Below the pieces are notes generated by a model, which saw nothing but the letters and a program-made list of their open reading frames with translations, was not told where the DNA came from and searched no databases. Shown piece by piece: positions 22,618 to 32,214 of a stretch of 51,064 nucleotides of DNA. This DNA is from an uncultured bacterium (lineage in GTDB: Bacteria > CSSED10-310 > CAZUFC01): NCBI GenBank assembly GCA_964619725.1, contig CAZUFC010000030.1, positions 19,804 through 70,867 of the forward strand, given 5' to 3'. Position numbers and translations under genes: made by a program. The stretch's first letter is position 1, and each line of letters starts with the position of its first letter.

Positions 22618-23044
22618 TTCCTTCAGGCCGGAGTATCTTATGAATGGTTTCCATCATTTGATCCATGTCAGGAGGTTTGCGAAAGACCGCTGCAGGGGCC
22701 GTTTTCCGCATGACTTCTTCAGGCAGTTTGGTGGAAATGGCGGTGAGATAAATTAAAGCTGTTTTGCTTTTTTCCTGGATGATGGAAGCGGCTTTCAAAC
22801 CGTCTAATTCTTCCGCCAGCAATATATCCATAATTATCAGGTCCGGCGTCTCTTTTTCGGCTAACTCTACCGCCTCCTCACCCGTCAAAGCCGTCATCAC
22901 CTCGTAGTCGCAATCCTCCAACATCATTTTCAGCCCGGCCGATATGATCGTTTCATCCTCAACGATCAGTATGCTTGGTTTGTTTCCTTTCGTCATATTA
23001 TTTCTCCGGGAATGTAATACAAAATTCGGTTCCCTTTTCTCCAA
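22601..23044 (-). CDS. Stand-alone CheY-like response regulator receiver domain.
   Basis: The 147-aa ORF contains ILIVEDE...DLIIMDILL...GL. It overlaps both flanking genes. Confidence 0.85.
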   Translation of the reverse strand: MEKREPNFVLHSRRNNMTKGNKPSILIVEDETIISAGLKMMLEDCDYEVMTALTGEEAVELAEKETPDLIIMDILLAEELDGLKAASIIQEKSKTALIYLTAISTKLPEEVMRKTAPAAVFRKPPDMDQMMETIHKILRPEGIAEFQ

Positions 23045-24128
23045 TTATTTTTATCGTTCCTCTCAGTTGCGAAACAAGCAATTGAACTATCTTAAGTCCC
23101 AACGATTCTGTTTTCTGAATGTCGAAATCCTCCGGCAAACCCTGGCCCCTGTCCTCTACGCGCAATTCGTAATTATCCCCTTTCTTCCCAAAATCCAGAA
23201 TCATAACATGGTCCTCTTCGTTTCCGTCATCCTTATACGCATGTTTCAGGACGTTCGTCGCCAGTTCATTTATGATCATCCCTGCAGGAATAGCCTTATC
23301 CATTTCCATACGAAAATCTTTCACGTTCAACCTGATATCGAGCTTGCGCCGGTGAGAATTTAAAAATACCGTCAGTAAAGCTTCCACATATTGTTTTATG
23401 TCGATGTCCGTCAGGTTTTCCGTCCGGTGAAGCAGTTCATGAACTAAAGCTATCGAACGTATGCGATCCTTACAGTTCCTAAACAGCTCCAGAACCTCCT
23501 CATCTTTTACTCCACGTGCATGCAACGTCAACAATCCGTTTATTATCGCCAGATTGTTGTTCACCCTGTGATGCAGCTCCTTCAACAGCAGATTCTTCTC
23601 CTCCAATTCCTGCTTCAACCTCTCTTCAGTCTCTGCCAGTTCAGTTATATCCGTCACCGCCGTCATGACTTGACGTCCGTTATCGTCTCCCCCGGTATTC
23701 AATACGCTTTCCAGGCGTAAAAAACGAGTCCTCTTGTCCCTGCCCCTCGTTTTTACGCGGATTATCTGTCTTTTCCCGGTTCTTAACGCTTTATGATGAT
23801 GCAACAGTATCGCCTTTTCAAATTCTTTATCGCAAAATACCGAAAAAGATTTGCCTGAAATATCGGATTTCAACATCCCAAGCATTCTCGCCGCCGTCTC
23901 GTTGATCTTCGTTATCGCGCCCCTCTCATCGCTCGTATAATAACCGATAGGCGCAGATTCATATAATTCCTCATACTCCGCCTTCGACTTCTCCAGCAAT
24001 GACTGAGCCTCACGTAAAGACTCATTCTGCATGTCCAGCTCAACCTGATGCACCTGCAACTCATGGATTACTTCTTCTAACGATTCCACGGTCTCGTCTG
24101 CAGGCATCTTTGATGACAGTTTTTCCAA
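22998..24128 (-). CDS. PAS-domain sensor histidine kinase of the HisKA_2 type.
   Basis: The 376-aa ORF has a PAS domain, an H-box ELHHRVNNNLAIINGLL (HisKA_2/HWE-like) and a HATPase_c domain (ELATNVLKHAY...DRGQGLPEDF). Confidence 0.85.
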   Translation of the reverse strand: MEKLSSKMPADETVESLEEVIHELQVHQVELDMQNESLREAQSLLEKSKAEYEELYESAPIGYYTSDERGAITKINETAARMLGMLKSDISGKSFSVFCDKEFEKAILLHHHKALRTGKRQIIRVKTRGRDKRTRFLRLESVLNTGGDDNGRQVMTAVTDITELAETEERLKQELEEKNLLLKELHHRVNNNLAIINGLLTLHARGVKDEEVLELFRNCKDRIRSIALVHELLHRTENLTDIDIKQYVEALLTVFLNSHRRKLDIRLNVKDFRMEMDKAIPAGMIINELATNVLKHAYKDDGNEEDHVMILDFGKKGDNYELRVEDRGQGLPEDFDIQKTESLGLKIVQLLVSQLRGTIKIIGEKGTEFCITFPEK

Positions 24129-24576
24129 TTTTCCCTCCGCATTGCGACGAAGTTCAAATTTTCTTTGTCTGATTCTAACTACTGCCTTTCATTGATCTAT
24201 ACAATATATGTTAAGCAAAATTCACAATAACAGATTTTCAAATGGCATCCCCGATTCACATCACTTTTAATCTACCACTAATTTGCATTTATGTCAATTC
24301 TTTTTTGCATTGGAATGGGTGCAACGTTGGGCGTCAATCGAAATGGCATTTGAATTGCCGACTCCCCGGAAATCTTTATGGAAGGATGGATGGAAAGGTG
24401 GGATGTCGTCATATAGAAGAAATTTTTTTCATTGTTTGATAGATTTTCCCGTTTTCGCAGGAAAACGCCGGCAGAACGCTTTTTTTCACAGGAAAGCATT
24501 GTTCGTCGTTTAAAGACAAGAATCATTCGAGCAATTTGCGGGCGATGATCAGAATAGAGAGCTTGCGATTGCAATT

Positions 24577-24595
24577 CCGGCAAGGATATTGCTAG
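24577..24595 (+). promoter_or_regulatory. Weak sigma-54-like -24/-12 element, cGGCAAg-N4-TTGCT.
   Basis: GG-N10-GC spacing is exact, with one mismatch in the -24 box. It lies about 115 nt upstream of the hemerythrin-like gene. Confidence 0.3.
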
Positions 24596-24709
24596 TGAGA
24601 ACATGAGGTCTGGAACAGCGGTAAGGAAAGCCTTCTTATGCCGGCATAATACCGTCGCTGCTCAGACTTCCTGGATTTTATTAACCACTTTCACCGAGGA
24701 GCGATAAAA

Positions 24710-25249
24710 ATGGTAATGCCCATCGGACATTTGATGAAGGAACATCGAACGATCGAACGGATGATTGAGGTTATCCGGAAAAAGATAAATGATTATTATG
24801 AAAGTAAAAAGATTGATCCGGATTTTGTGGATGAAGCGGTCGATTTCATCAGGACCTATGCGGACCGCCTTCATCACGGCAAGGAAGAAGATATTCTGTT
24901 CAAGAAGCTGGAAGAAAAGGAGTTGTCGGATGAACATCAAAAAATCATGGATGAGCTGATGGAAGAGCATCGCTGGGGGAGGGAGACGGTGAAGAAACTG
25001 ACGGAAGCCAATCGGAGATACAGGCATGGCGATGAAGAGGCATCAGAGAGCATAGCGGAGAATCTGCATGAGTTGGCGAATTTTTATCCCGGTCATATCG
25101 AAAAGGAAGATAAACATTTTTTTATCCCTGTCATGGAATACCTTTCAGACGAAGAAAAAAGTAAAATGATAGATGATGAGGACGAATTCGACCGGCAGTT
25201 CATCCATGTTATTTATGAAGAGAAAATCAAGCATTCGAAAGCGGATTAG
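24710..25249 (+). CDS. Hemerythrin-like protein (HHE cation-binding domain).
   Basis: The 179-aa ORF is His/Glu-rich. It has H..E...H pairs (HLMKEHRTIERMIE; RLHHGKEEDILF; HRWGRE; HIEKEDKHFF) consistent with a diiron four-helix bundle. A gaggag SD is present. Confidence 0.7.
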   Translation: MVMPIGHLMKEHRTIERMIEVIRKKINDYYESKKIDPDFVDEAVDFIRTYADRLHHGKEEDILFKKLEEKELSDEHQKIMDELMEEHRWGRETVKKLTEANRRYRHGDEEASESIAENLHELANFYPGHIEKEDKHFFIPVMEYLSDEEKSKMIDDEDEFDRQFIHVIYEEKIKHSKAD

Positions 25250-25379
25250 CTGGCGCCTGTCCAGCGCTAAAATTTGAATCTGGTTTTGAGTTCATGGATA
25301 GGCGCCGGATAACGGCAGCGCAATCGCGCATTCAATACGAATATTCTGTACCGGGTTAACTGATAAGGAGGTTCAGCTA

Positions 25380-26306
25380 TTGAAAAGAATCGTGACCGTA
25401 ACCATGAATCCCAGTATTGATATAGGCTTGAAAGCCGCCAAGATACAGGCTGAGAAAAAACTGCGCTGCAGTAAGCCGAGATTCGCACCCGGAGGAGGCG
25501 GCATCAACATATCAAGGGTCGTGAAACGACTGGGCGGAGAATCCCTGGCAGTCCTCACGGAAGGCGGCGCTGCAGGGAAAATGCTTCATGATTTACTGGA
25601 AAAGGAATCATTGAACCTGCATCCGATTGAAATAAGCGAAATGACGAGGGAAAACTTCAATGTGGTCGAGGAATCGACCAATCAGCAATTTCGTTTCATC
25701 ATGCCGGGACCTGAGCTGAAGAAGGAGGAATGGGAGGAATGCCTTTCCACGTTAAAGAGTCTGGACCCGCCGCCCGATTACATAGCGGCGAGCGGCAGTC
25801 TTCCGCCGGGGGCGCCGGAGGATTTTTACGCCAAAGTGGCTGAATTGGCGGATACAAGGAACACTCATTTCATTCTGGATGCTTCCGGGAATGCGCTGAA
25901 GCGAGCGGCCGAGCACGGCGTGTTCATGTTATTGCCGAACATCAATGAATTGAAACAGATGCTGGATAAAGAGCCGGAAGATGAGAAAGCGCTGATTCGC
26001 GCTTCCAGGGATATCGTTGAAAAAGGGTGGGCCGAGGTCCTGGTAGTATCGCTGGGAGCCGGGGGAGCGATCCTGACCACAATGGACGGTTCGGAGCATC
26101 TAAGAGCCCCGACCGTTCCAATCAAAAGCCGAGTAGGAGCCGGCGACAGCATGGCAGCCGGCATAGTCACAAGCCTGGCCCAGGGAAATAACATAAGGGA
26201 ATCAGTCAGATACGGCATAGCCGCAGGTTCAGCGGCGGTAATGTCCCCAGGATCGGAACTCTGCCGCAAAGAAGACTTCGATCGTATTTATTCCGGCATG
26301 AAATAA
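25380..26306 (+). CDS. PfkB-family carbohydrate kinase (1-phosphofructokinase / tagatose-6-phosphate kinase-like).
   Basis: The 308-aa ORF starts VTVTMNPSIDI. It has the motif GGGGINISR and the C-terminal motif GAGDSMAAG. The start is a TTG with an aaggagg SD. Confidence 0.85.
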   Translation: MKRIVTVTMNPSIDIGLKAAKIQAEKKLRCSKPRFAPGGGGINISRVVKRLGGESLAVLTEGGAAGKMLHDLLEKESLNLHPIEISEMTRENFNVVEESTNQQFRFIMPGPELKKEEWEECLSTLKSLDPPPDYIAASGSLPPGAPEDFYAKVAELADTRNTHFILDASGNALKRAAEHGVFMLLPNINELKQMLDKEPEDEKALIRASRDIVEKGWAEVLVVSLGAGGAILTTMDGSEHLRAPTVPIKSRVGAGDSMAAGIVTSLAQGNNIRESVRYGIAAGSAAVMSPGSELCRKEDFDRIYSGMK

Positions 26307-26932
26307 GAAAGAGAGGAGAAAAATCCGCCTGTTGGAGGACAAAAACCAAGAATCTCACAAATCAAAAGAATAAGAGGGGCGATATTGCCGTAAACCCAAC
26401 ATCATTCAGCCATTAAAAACCCGACGAACACATTCAATATCGTCCGGCGGCAACTAAAGCAAAGGGCAGAACCAAACGTTCTCGGCATAGTCAAAACCAT
26501 TGAATCCGCCGCCAGACGTCAGGGCATTAAAAACCATCAAGGGAACGCGGCAGGATGCCGCTTTCAAAGGCGCCCGCAGAATCCGATCAGGTGTATATGG
26601 ACCGACAAAACTAATTGAATGATTACAACCCGAACTTTTAAGATAGTTCCCGAACATCGAAGAGAAAAAAGCGGATCAGGATGCAAAACTGGCTCATAAG
26701 ATTACAGCGGATAGCCCAGACAACAAGGATTGATGGAAAAAAAGATTGCGATATTAAACGCGTCAAGGCCTGCGGTAAAAGCTAATGTCGACGATGACGT
26801 TGACCGGACGAAAACCGCGAATCTCGTGAATCTCAGGAATAAGAGGGGAGATATTGCCGCGCATCCACATCGTTCATCTTTCCGGCATCAATAACATCCT
26901 CGAAAGCGTTCACCGATGAAGATTTTCACATT

Positions 26933-27075
26933 TGTCAAAAACACTTCTCTTAAGGTTGCAATTCGACAAAATATCCCATCATTTTGTTTTGATTTCGATC
27001 CCTATACCGGCCCCCGATTACTGAAACAAACCGTCATAAGTTTTTAAAGATGTGTAACCCGGTTTGACCAGTCCC
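26933..27075 (-). repeat. Family B MITE-like element, full copy in reverse orientation with a minimal core of about 3 units.
   Basis: The reverse complement reads aattagggactggtcaaaccgggttacacatctttaaaaacttatgacggtttgtttcagtaatcgggggccggtatagggatcgaaatcaaaacaaaatgatgggatattttgtcgaattgcaaccttaagagaagtg. Confidence 0.8.
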
Positions 27076-27326
27076 TAATTTTTACAGTCTTGATCGCTTT
27101 ACGGAGGCGGCAAATCTGATAAAGCCAAAAATCATGGGGCGGCAGGCGATTAGAAAAACGACCTCACATACGCTAATACAGAAGCGTGATAAAAGCGTTG
27201 TACACCATCAAGCGTATATTCCGTCGAATTTTGCGAGTAAAAGGCTTTTTTGTCCATCGCCCTTTGTAAATAATTTACTTTTCCATGGCGTCGTTGAATT
27301 CTTCAATGAAAAACTTGCATGCAGGA

Positions 27327-27701
27327 CTATGATGCCCGTACTCTCTGTTTGATCCTGTTGTTTATTTCTTTTTTCAAGTCGTCTAAATCTTCTGTTTTGC
27401 GGACGAAAGCATCAGCGCACCAGGTTCTGAAATTGCAACTGAAATCGTTACAATTCGAGTGCAGAATAATGGGCGTATCGCGTTTACTGCCGGCAATCTG
27501 CTGAATGGCCTGCAGACCTGATTCGAGCGATTTTGAGATGTCGAAAACTACCACGTCGGGCGCATGAATATCCACCAGGTCTGGAGCAATGTCATAATTT
27601 CCCGTCATTATAAGGCGGTGGCCGTTTGTTTTAAGATTTTTTTCGTATATCCTCCGATATACGTCATCTTTATCCGCCACAAGGATTTTTGCCATAACCA
27701 T
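27327..27701 (-). CDS. Stand-alone response regulator receiver domain.
   Basis: The receiver fold is KILVADKDDVYRRIY...VVVFDISK. I place the start at an ATG with an aggagg SD at 27701. The ORF track begins at 27716. Confidence 0.7.
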   Translation of the reverse strand: MVMAKILVADKDDVYRRIYEKNLKTNGHRLIMTGNYDIAPDLVDIHAPDVVVFDISKSLESGLQAIQQIAGSKRDTPIILHSNCNDFSCNFRTWCADAFVRKTEDLDDLKKEINNRIKQRVRAS

Positions 27702-27857
27702 GTACTCCTCCTGCAACGATCGATATGCGTCTCGACCGCCGATCGAAAAATATTCTCCTTACTTCACCGAGATATTTTTATAGCCCATACGTTCCTTCCG
27801 GAAAATTTTCCCGGATTAAAACCGGAACCTGCAAGGAAAGATTAAGCAATTCTCGTG

Positions 27858-27891
27858 CCCATTAATTTTCGCGTACGCGAAAATTAATGGG
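27858..27891. promoter_or_regulatory. Perfect 34-bp palindrome, 16-bp arms and a 2-bp centre. It is a candidate operator.
   Basis: cccattaattttcgcg ta cgcgaaaattaatggg. The 2-nt centre is too short for an RNA hairpin loop, so a dimeric DNA-binding protein site is more likely. It shares the TTTCGCG/CGCGAAA motif with the 197-330 inverted repeat. Confidence 0.5.
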
Positions 27892-28415
27892 TTATTTTCA
27901 CGACGCTATCAGTATAGGAATTCGTCCGTCGAACGGGAGTTCGCCTGGCGTCGCGGTATTATCCGGGGTTTCTGCAGACCGGAAAATCGTCCCCAAAAAC
28001 CCTGGTATTTTGCCCACCTTAAAATGTTCGAAGTTTTGCTAACTCCGTTCGTAAATTTTCGAAAGCTTTCCAAAGGTCTAAGGGAATCAATTTTACGTTG
28101 ATGCCGGTATATGGAGGGCCCATTCACGATGTCTGAAATTATTCTCATTAGCCGTCCTGCAAGCATTTTCATCGATATCGAAGTATTTCAACATGACGTC
28201 TATAATTTTACCCAAACGACATATTCGCCGCCGGCGCTTTTTTTGCCGCTTAAACGGCGAAGGAGCGTTCGAACCGCATGCTTTTCAATTTCTTCATACG
28301 AAGCAGGAGACGATTTATCCGGAAAGATCGTTCCTTTAACTCGAAAAAGCGCTTACAGGAAGCGCGGGTAAAAAGAATGAAAGTTCTGGCCTTCAGATAA
28401 ATAAAGGAGCGATAC

Positions 28416-29780
28416 ATGGCGAAAGAAATAAAACTTCCGGAAATATCGGAGAACATTCATGAGGCTGAAGTGGTTGAAGTATTGGTATCCGAAGGGGACC
28501 AGGTGAAGAAGGATCAGGCCGTGGCTGAAATGGAAACGGAAAAATCGATATTCGAGATACCGTCGCCTTCTGCGGGCAAAATAACCGAACTCGCCATAAA
28601 AAAAGGCGATACGGTCAAAGTGGGCGATCTGATAGCCCGGCTTGATACGGAAGAGGAAGTTGAAGAGGAAGAACCTCCGGAAACCGAAAAAACGGAACGC
28701 AAAAGAGAGAAAAAACAGGCAGCACCTGAAGAGGAAGAACCGACGGAGCCCGAAGAAGAACCGAAGGAACCTGAAGCAGAACCGGAAGAAGAAAAAGAAA
28801 AGGAGGAGGAGAGAGTTGAATCCGGGAAAGAAGAAGAGGTCAAAGAAGTAAAGAAGCAGAAGGAGTCTGAGCGAGAGGAGCCAGAAAGAGGCCCGGCTCC
28901 AGCAGCGCCGTCGGTGCGCCGGCTGGCGGCGGAACTCGGTATAGAGATACATGATGTCCGGGGTTCAGGACCAGGAGGCCGGATAACCCGCGACGACGTA
29001 AAATCACATACCCGCGAGTTGATTGAAAGCCCGGCCGGTCAGGAACATAAGCGATTGCCTGATTTTTCCCAATGGGGTCCGGTGCATCGGGAACCCATGA
29101 GCAAGGTCAGGCGCATAACCGCCGAAAGCATGTCTTACTCCTGGAGGACTGTTCCTCATGTGACTCAGTTCAGCAAAGCGGACGTCACGTCAGCCGAAGA
29201 ATTCCGGAAAAAAAATACGGAGAGGGCGAAAAAGGAAGGCGGCAAACTGACGTTGACCTCTATTCTGATAAAGCTGTCGGCGCTGGCGTTACAGCGGTTT
29301 CCCCGTTTCGGCGCTTCGCTGGACGAGCAGAATCAGGAATTAATATATAAAGATTACATTCACATAGGTTTTGCCGTGGATACGGACCGCGGGTTGCTGG
29401 TACCGGTGATCAGGGATGCCGACAAAAAGGACATTTACAAATTATCGGCAGAAGTTTCGGGTCTGGCGGAAAAGGCCAAGAACAAAAAGATATCGCCAGA
29501 TGAGATGGAAGGCGGTTGTTTCACCGTCTCCAATCTGGGCGGCATAGGCGGAACAAATTTCACGCCCATTGTTTATGCTCCGCAAGCTGCTGTCCTGGGC
29601 GCAGACCGCGCCGAAATGATGCCGGTATACGAAAACGGCGAATTTCATCCTCGCCTGATGTTGCCTCTTTCCCTGTCTTACGATCACAGGATCATTGACG
29701 GCGCTGACGGAGCCAGATTCATGCAATGGATGAAAAACGCTCTGGAGAACCCGTTATCGATACTGCTGGAAGGAGAATGA
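28416..29780 (+). CDS. 2-oxoacid dehydrogenase E2 (dihydrolipoamide acyltransferase) with lipoyl, E/K-rich linker, PSBD and catalytic domains.
   Basis: The lipoyl Lys is in AEMETEKSIFEI. The peripheral subunit-binding domain is PSVRRLAAELGIEIHDVRGSGPGGRITRDD. The C-terminal catalytic motif is DHRIIDGADGARF. Confidence 0.95.
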   Translation: MAKEIKLPEISENIHEAEVVEVLVSEGDQVKKDQAVAEMETEKSIFEIPSPSAGKITELAIKKGDTVKVGDLIARLDTEEEVEEEEPPETEKTERKREKKQAAPEEEEPTEPEEEPKEPEAEPEEEKEKEEERVESGKEEEVKEVKKQKESEREEPERGPAPAAPSVRRLAAELGIEIHDVRGSGPGGRITRDDVKSHTRELIESPAGQEHKRLPDFSQWGPVHREPMSKVRRITAESMSYSWRTVPHVTQFSKADVTSAEEFRKKNTERAKKEGGKLTLTSILIKLSALALQRFPRFGASLDEQNQELIYKDYIHIGFAVDTDRGLLVPVIRDADKKDIYKLSAEVSGLAEKAKNKKISPDEMEGGCFTVSNLGGIGGTNFTPIVYAPQAAVLGADRAEMMPVYENGEFHPRLMLPLSLSYDHRIIDGADGARFMQWMKNALENPLSILLEGE

Positions 29781-29783
29781 ACC

Positions 29784-31229
29784 ATGCCTGACATTCAGAA
29801 GACCGAAGTAGCTGTTATCGGCGCCGGTCCTGGGGGTTATGCGGCGGCTTTTCTGTCTGCAGACCTGGGGATGCGAACCGTCATGATTGACCCTTTGCCG
29901 AATCCGGGCGGCGTATGTCTGTTTCGAGGCTGCATCCCTTCGAAAGCATTACTGCACGTGGCCCGTCAAATCAGGGAAGCCGGAACGGCCGAAAAATTCG
30001 GGCTTCATTTCGGAGAACCTGAAATAAAAATCGATCAGATAAGGGACTGGAAAAATGATACAGTGAAAAAACTGACGGAAGGTCTCGGACTCCTGGCCAG
30101 ACAAAAGAAGGTGAAGCATCTCCGGGGCAAAGCCCGTTTTTTGGATTCTCACTCAATTGAAATCGAAACTTCTGATAATTCCGGCAAACAAAAACTCCAA
30201 TACGATCACGCCATACTCGCTACGGGAGGATATCCCGCCAAACTGCCCGGAATTGAACTCGAATCCGACAGAATCTGGTATTCCTCCGAAGCGCTGGATG
30301 TTCCTCAAATACCTGAAACGCTGCTCGTCGTCGGAAGCGGGTACATCGGCCTGGAGTTGGGGACGTTCTACGCTGCCTTAGGCGCTCGAGTTACCCTGAT
30401 AGAGATCATGCCGGGAATACTGCCGGGCATCGACCGTGACCTGACGGATACTTTCCTGAAAGCGAACGAAAATTTGTTCGAGAATATTTATACTTCAACC
30501 AGAATCGCGGATGTTAAAGAAAAAAACGGAAAACTCGACGTTTTCTTTGAAAGCGAAAACGGCAACGCTCCTCAATCCGCCTCTTTTGACAATATACTTG
30601 CCGCAATCGGCAGGAAACCCTATACATCCGGCCTGGATTTGGACAATACAAAGGTTGAATTGAACGAACGGGGATATGTCAAGGTCAATAAGCAAAGGCA
30701 AACGGACGATCCGGCCATTCATGCCGTCGGAGACCTGACCGGCGATCCCCTCCTGGCGCACAAGGCTACACACGAAGGCCGCACCGCAGCCGAGGACATC
30801 GCAGGATTAACGACTTTTTTCGATCCTGCAGCCATACCCGCAGTGGAATATACCGATCCCGAAATTGCGGTATGCGGGTTGTCCGAAACCGAAGCCGAAC
30901 AGCAGAACAAAAAAATAGAAACCGCGAAATTCCCCTGGCAGGCTTCCGGCAGGGCCCTCACCATGGGCAGAAATCATGGACTCACTAAACTGATAATCGA
31001 TCCCGATACAGAACGCATTCTGGGTATGGGCATAGTGGGAGCGGACGCCGGAGAACTTATCTCCGAAGGGGTTCTGGCGATTGAAATGGCTGCTGTGGTC
31101 AAAGACCTGGCCCTTTCCATCCATCCGCACCCCACGTTATCCGAAACGCTGATGGAGGCGGCGGAAGCCTACTACGGAAAAAGCACGCACTTTCACGGTA
31201 AAAGGAGACGGCGAAAGAAGAAAAAATGA
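29784..31229 (+). CDS. lpdA: Dihydrolipoyl dehydrogenase (E3).
   Basis: The FAD motif is VIGAGPGGYAAA and the redox-active disulfide is GGVCLFRGCIPSK. The C-terminal HP..E motif (HPHPTLSE) is present. There is an unusual polybasic C-terminal tail, GKRRRRKKKK. Confidence 0.9.
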   Translation: MPDIQKTEVAVIGAGPGGYAAAFLSADLGMRTVMIDPLPNPGGVCLFRGCIPSKALLHVARQIREAGTAEKFGLHFGEPEIKIDQIRDWKNDTVKKLTEGLGLLARQKKVKHLRGKARFLDSHSIEIETSDNSGKQKLQYDHAILATGGYPAKLPGIELESDRIWYSSEALDVPQIPETLLVVGSGYIGLELGTFYAALGARVTLIEIMPGILPGIDRDLTDTFLKANENLFENIYTSTRIADVKEKNGKLDVFFESENGNAPQSASFDNILAAIGRKPYTSGLDLDNTKVELNERGYVKVNKQRQTDDPAIHAVGDLTGDPLLAHKATHEGRTAAEDIAGLTTFFDPAAIPAVEYTDPEIAVCGLSETEAEQQNKKIETAKFPWQASGRALTMGRNHGLTKLIIDPDTERILGMGIVGADAGELISEGVLAIEMAAVVKDLALSIHPHPTLSETLMEAAEAYYGKSTHFHGKRRRRKKKK

Positions 31230-31313
31230 ATTCTGCGTCAAAAAAAGAGTTCGCAATGAAGATAAATCGAAAAACGTATTCATCTATAGAGAAAACATCC
31301 AAGGAGGATATAA

Positions 31314-32072
31314 ATGAATGACGAAATGAAAGGTAAAGTATTTCTGGTAACAGGAGGAAGCACGGGAATAGGAAAAGCGGCAGCTCTCGCTTTCGCACGA
31401 AACGGGGCCGATGTGGTCGTTGCTGACGTACAGGAAAAAAAGGGATTGTATACTGTCGAGGAAATTCAGGATATGGACCGAAGAGCAATTTACGTGCAAA
31501 CGGACGTTTCACAGGTCGAACAGGTTGAAAACATGATCACAAAGACCCTGGATGAATTCGGACGGCTGGATTACGCTTTCAACAATGCGGGGATCGAGGG
31601 GGAGCAGGCGCCCACGGCAGAATGCACCGAAGGGAACTGGGACAGGGTGATCAACATAAACCTTAAAGGCGTATGGCTTTGCATGAAATATGAGATACCG
31701 GAGATAGTGAAACAGGGAGGAGCCATCGTCAACAACTCCTCTGTCGCAGGGAAAGTAGGCTTCATAAACATTCCTGCTTACACGGCAAGTAAACACGGCG
31801 TACTGGGACTGACCAAGGCTGCGGCGCTTGAATATGCGAATCGGGGTATTCGCATCAATGCGGTATGTCCCGGAATAATCGCCACTGAAATGATCGAGCG
31901 TTTCACGCAAAACAATGAAGAAGTGAGAAAAGAACTTCTTGCGACAGAACCCATCGGACGAATGGGCAAACCGGAAGAAGTGGCGGACGTCGTGCTGTGC
32001 CTGTGCTCAGAAAGAGCATCCTACATCACGGGTCATGCCCTTAATGTGGACGGCGGATACGTTTCCCGCTGA
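31314..32072 (+). CDS. Short-chain dehydrogenase/reductase (SDR) family oxidoreductase.
   Basis: The Rossmann motif is TGGSTGIGKAAA and the catalytic residues are NNSS..Y..ASK (YTASKHG). Confidence 0.9.
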   Translation: MNDEMKGKVFLVTGGSTGIGKAAALAFARNGADVVVADVQEKKGLYTVEEIQDMDRRAIYVQTDVSQVEQVENMITKTLDEFGRLDYAFNNAGIEGEQAPTAECTEGNWDRVININLKGVWLCMKYEIPEIVKQGGAIVNNSSVAGKVGFINIPAYTASKHGVLGLTKAAALEYANRGIRINAVCPGIIATEMIERFTQNNEEVRKELLATEPIGRMGKPEEVADVVLCLCSERASYITGHALNVDGGYVSR

Positions 32073-32214
32073 TTACGCGAAAAAGCGTTCGCCGGCCTGC
32101 AATGCCCTGATATTGAATTAGGGTTTTTCATAAAGAAGGCTGCTCGTATTTCACGAAATGGAGTCAGTAGCCGTCGCTGCAATAAAATCAGCAAATGACA
32201 TTCAAGGAGAAAAT

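Noticed and set aside
28353-28952. A 199-aa minus-strand ORF and two further ORFs (28514-28843 minus strand, 28642-28851 plus strand) over the E2 linker region.
   Set aside because: They lie inside the GAA/GAG-rich acidic linker of the E2 gene. Repetitive codons keep several frames open and the translations are homopolymeric (F/R/K/S).
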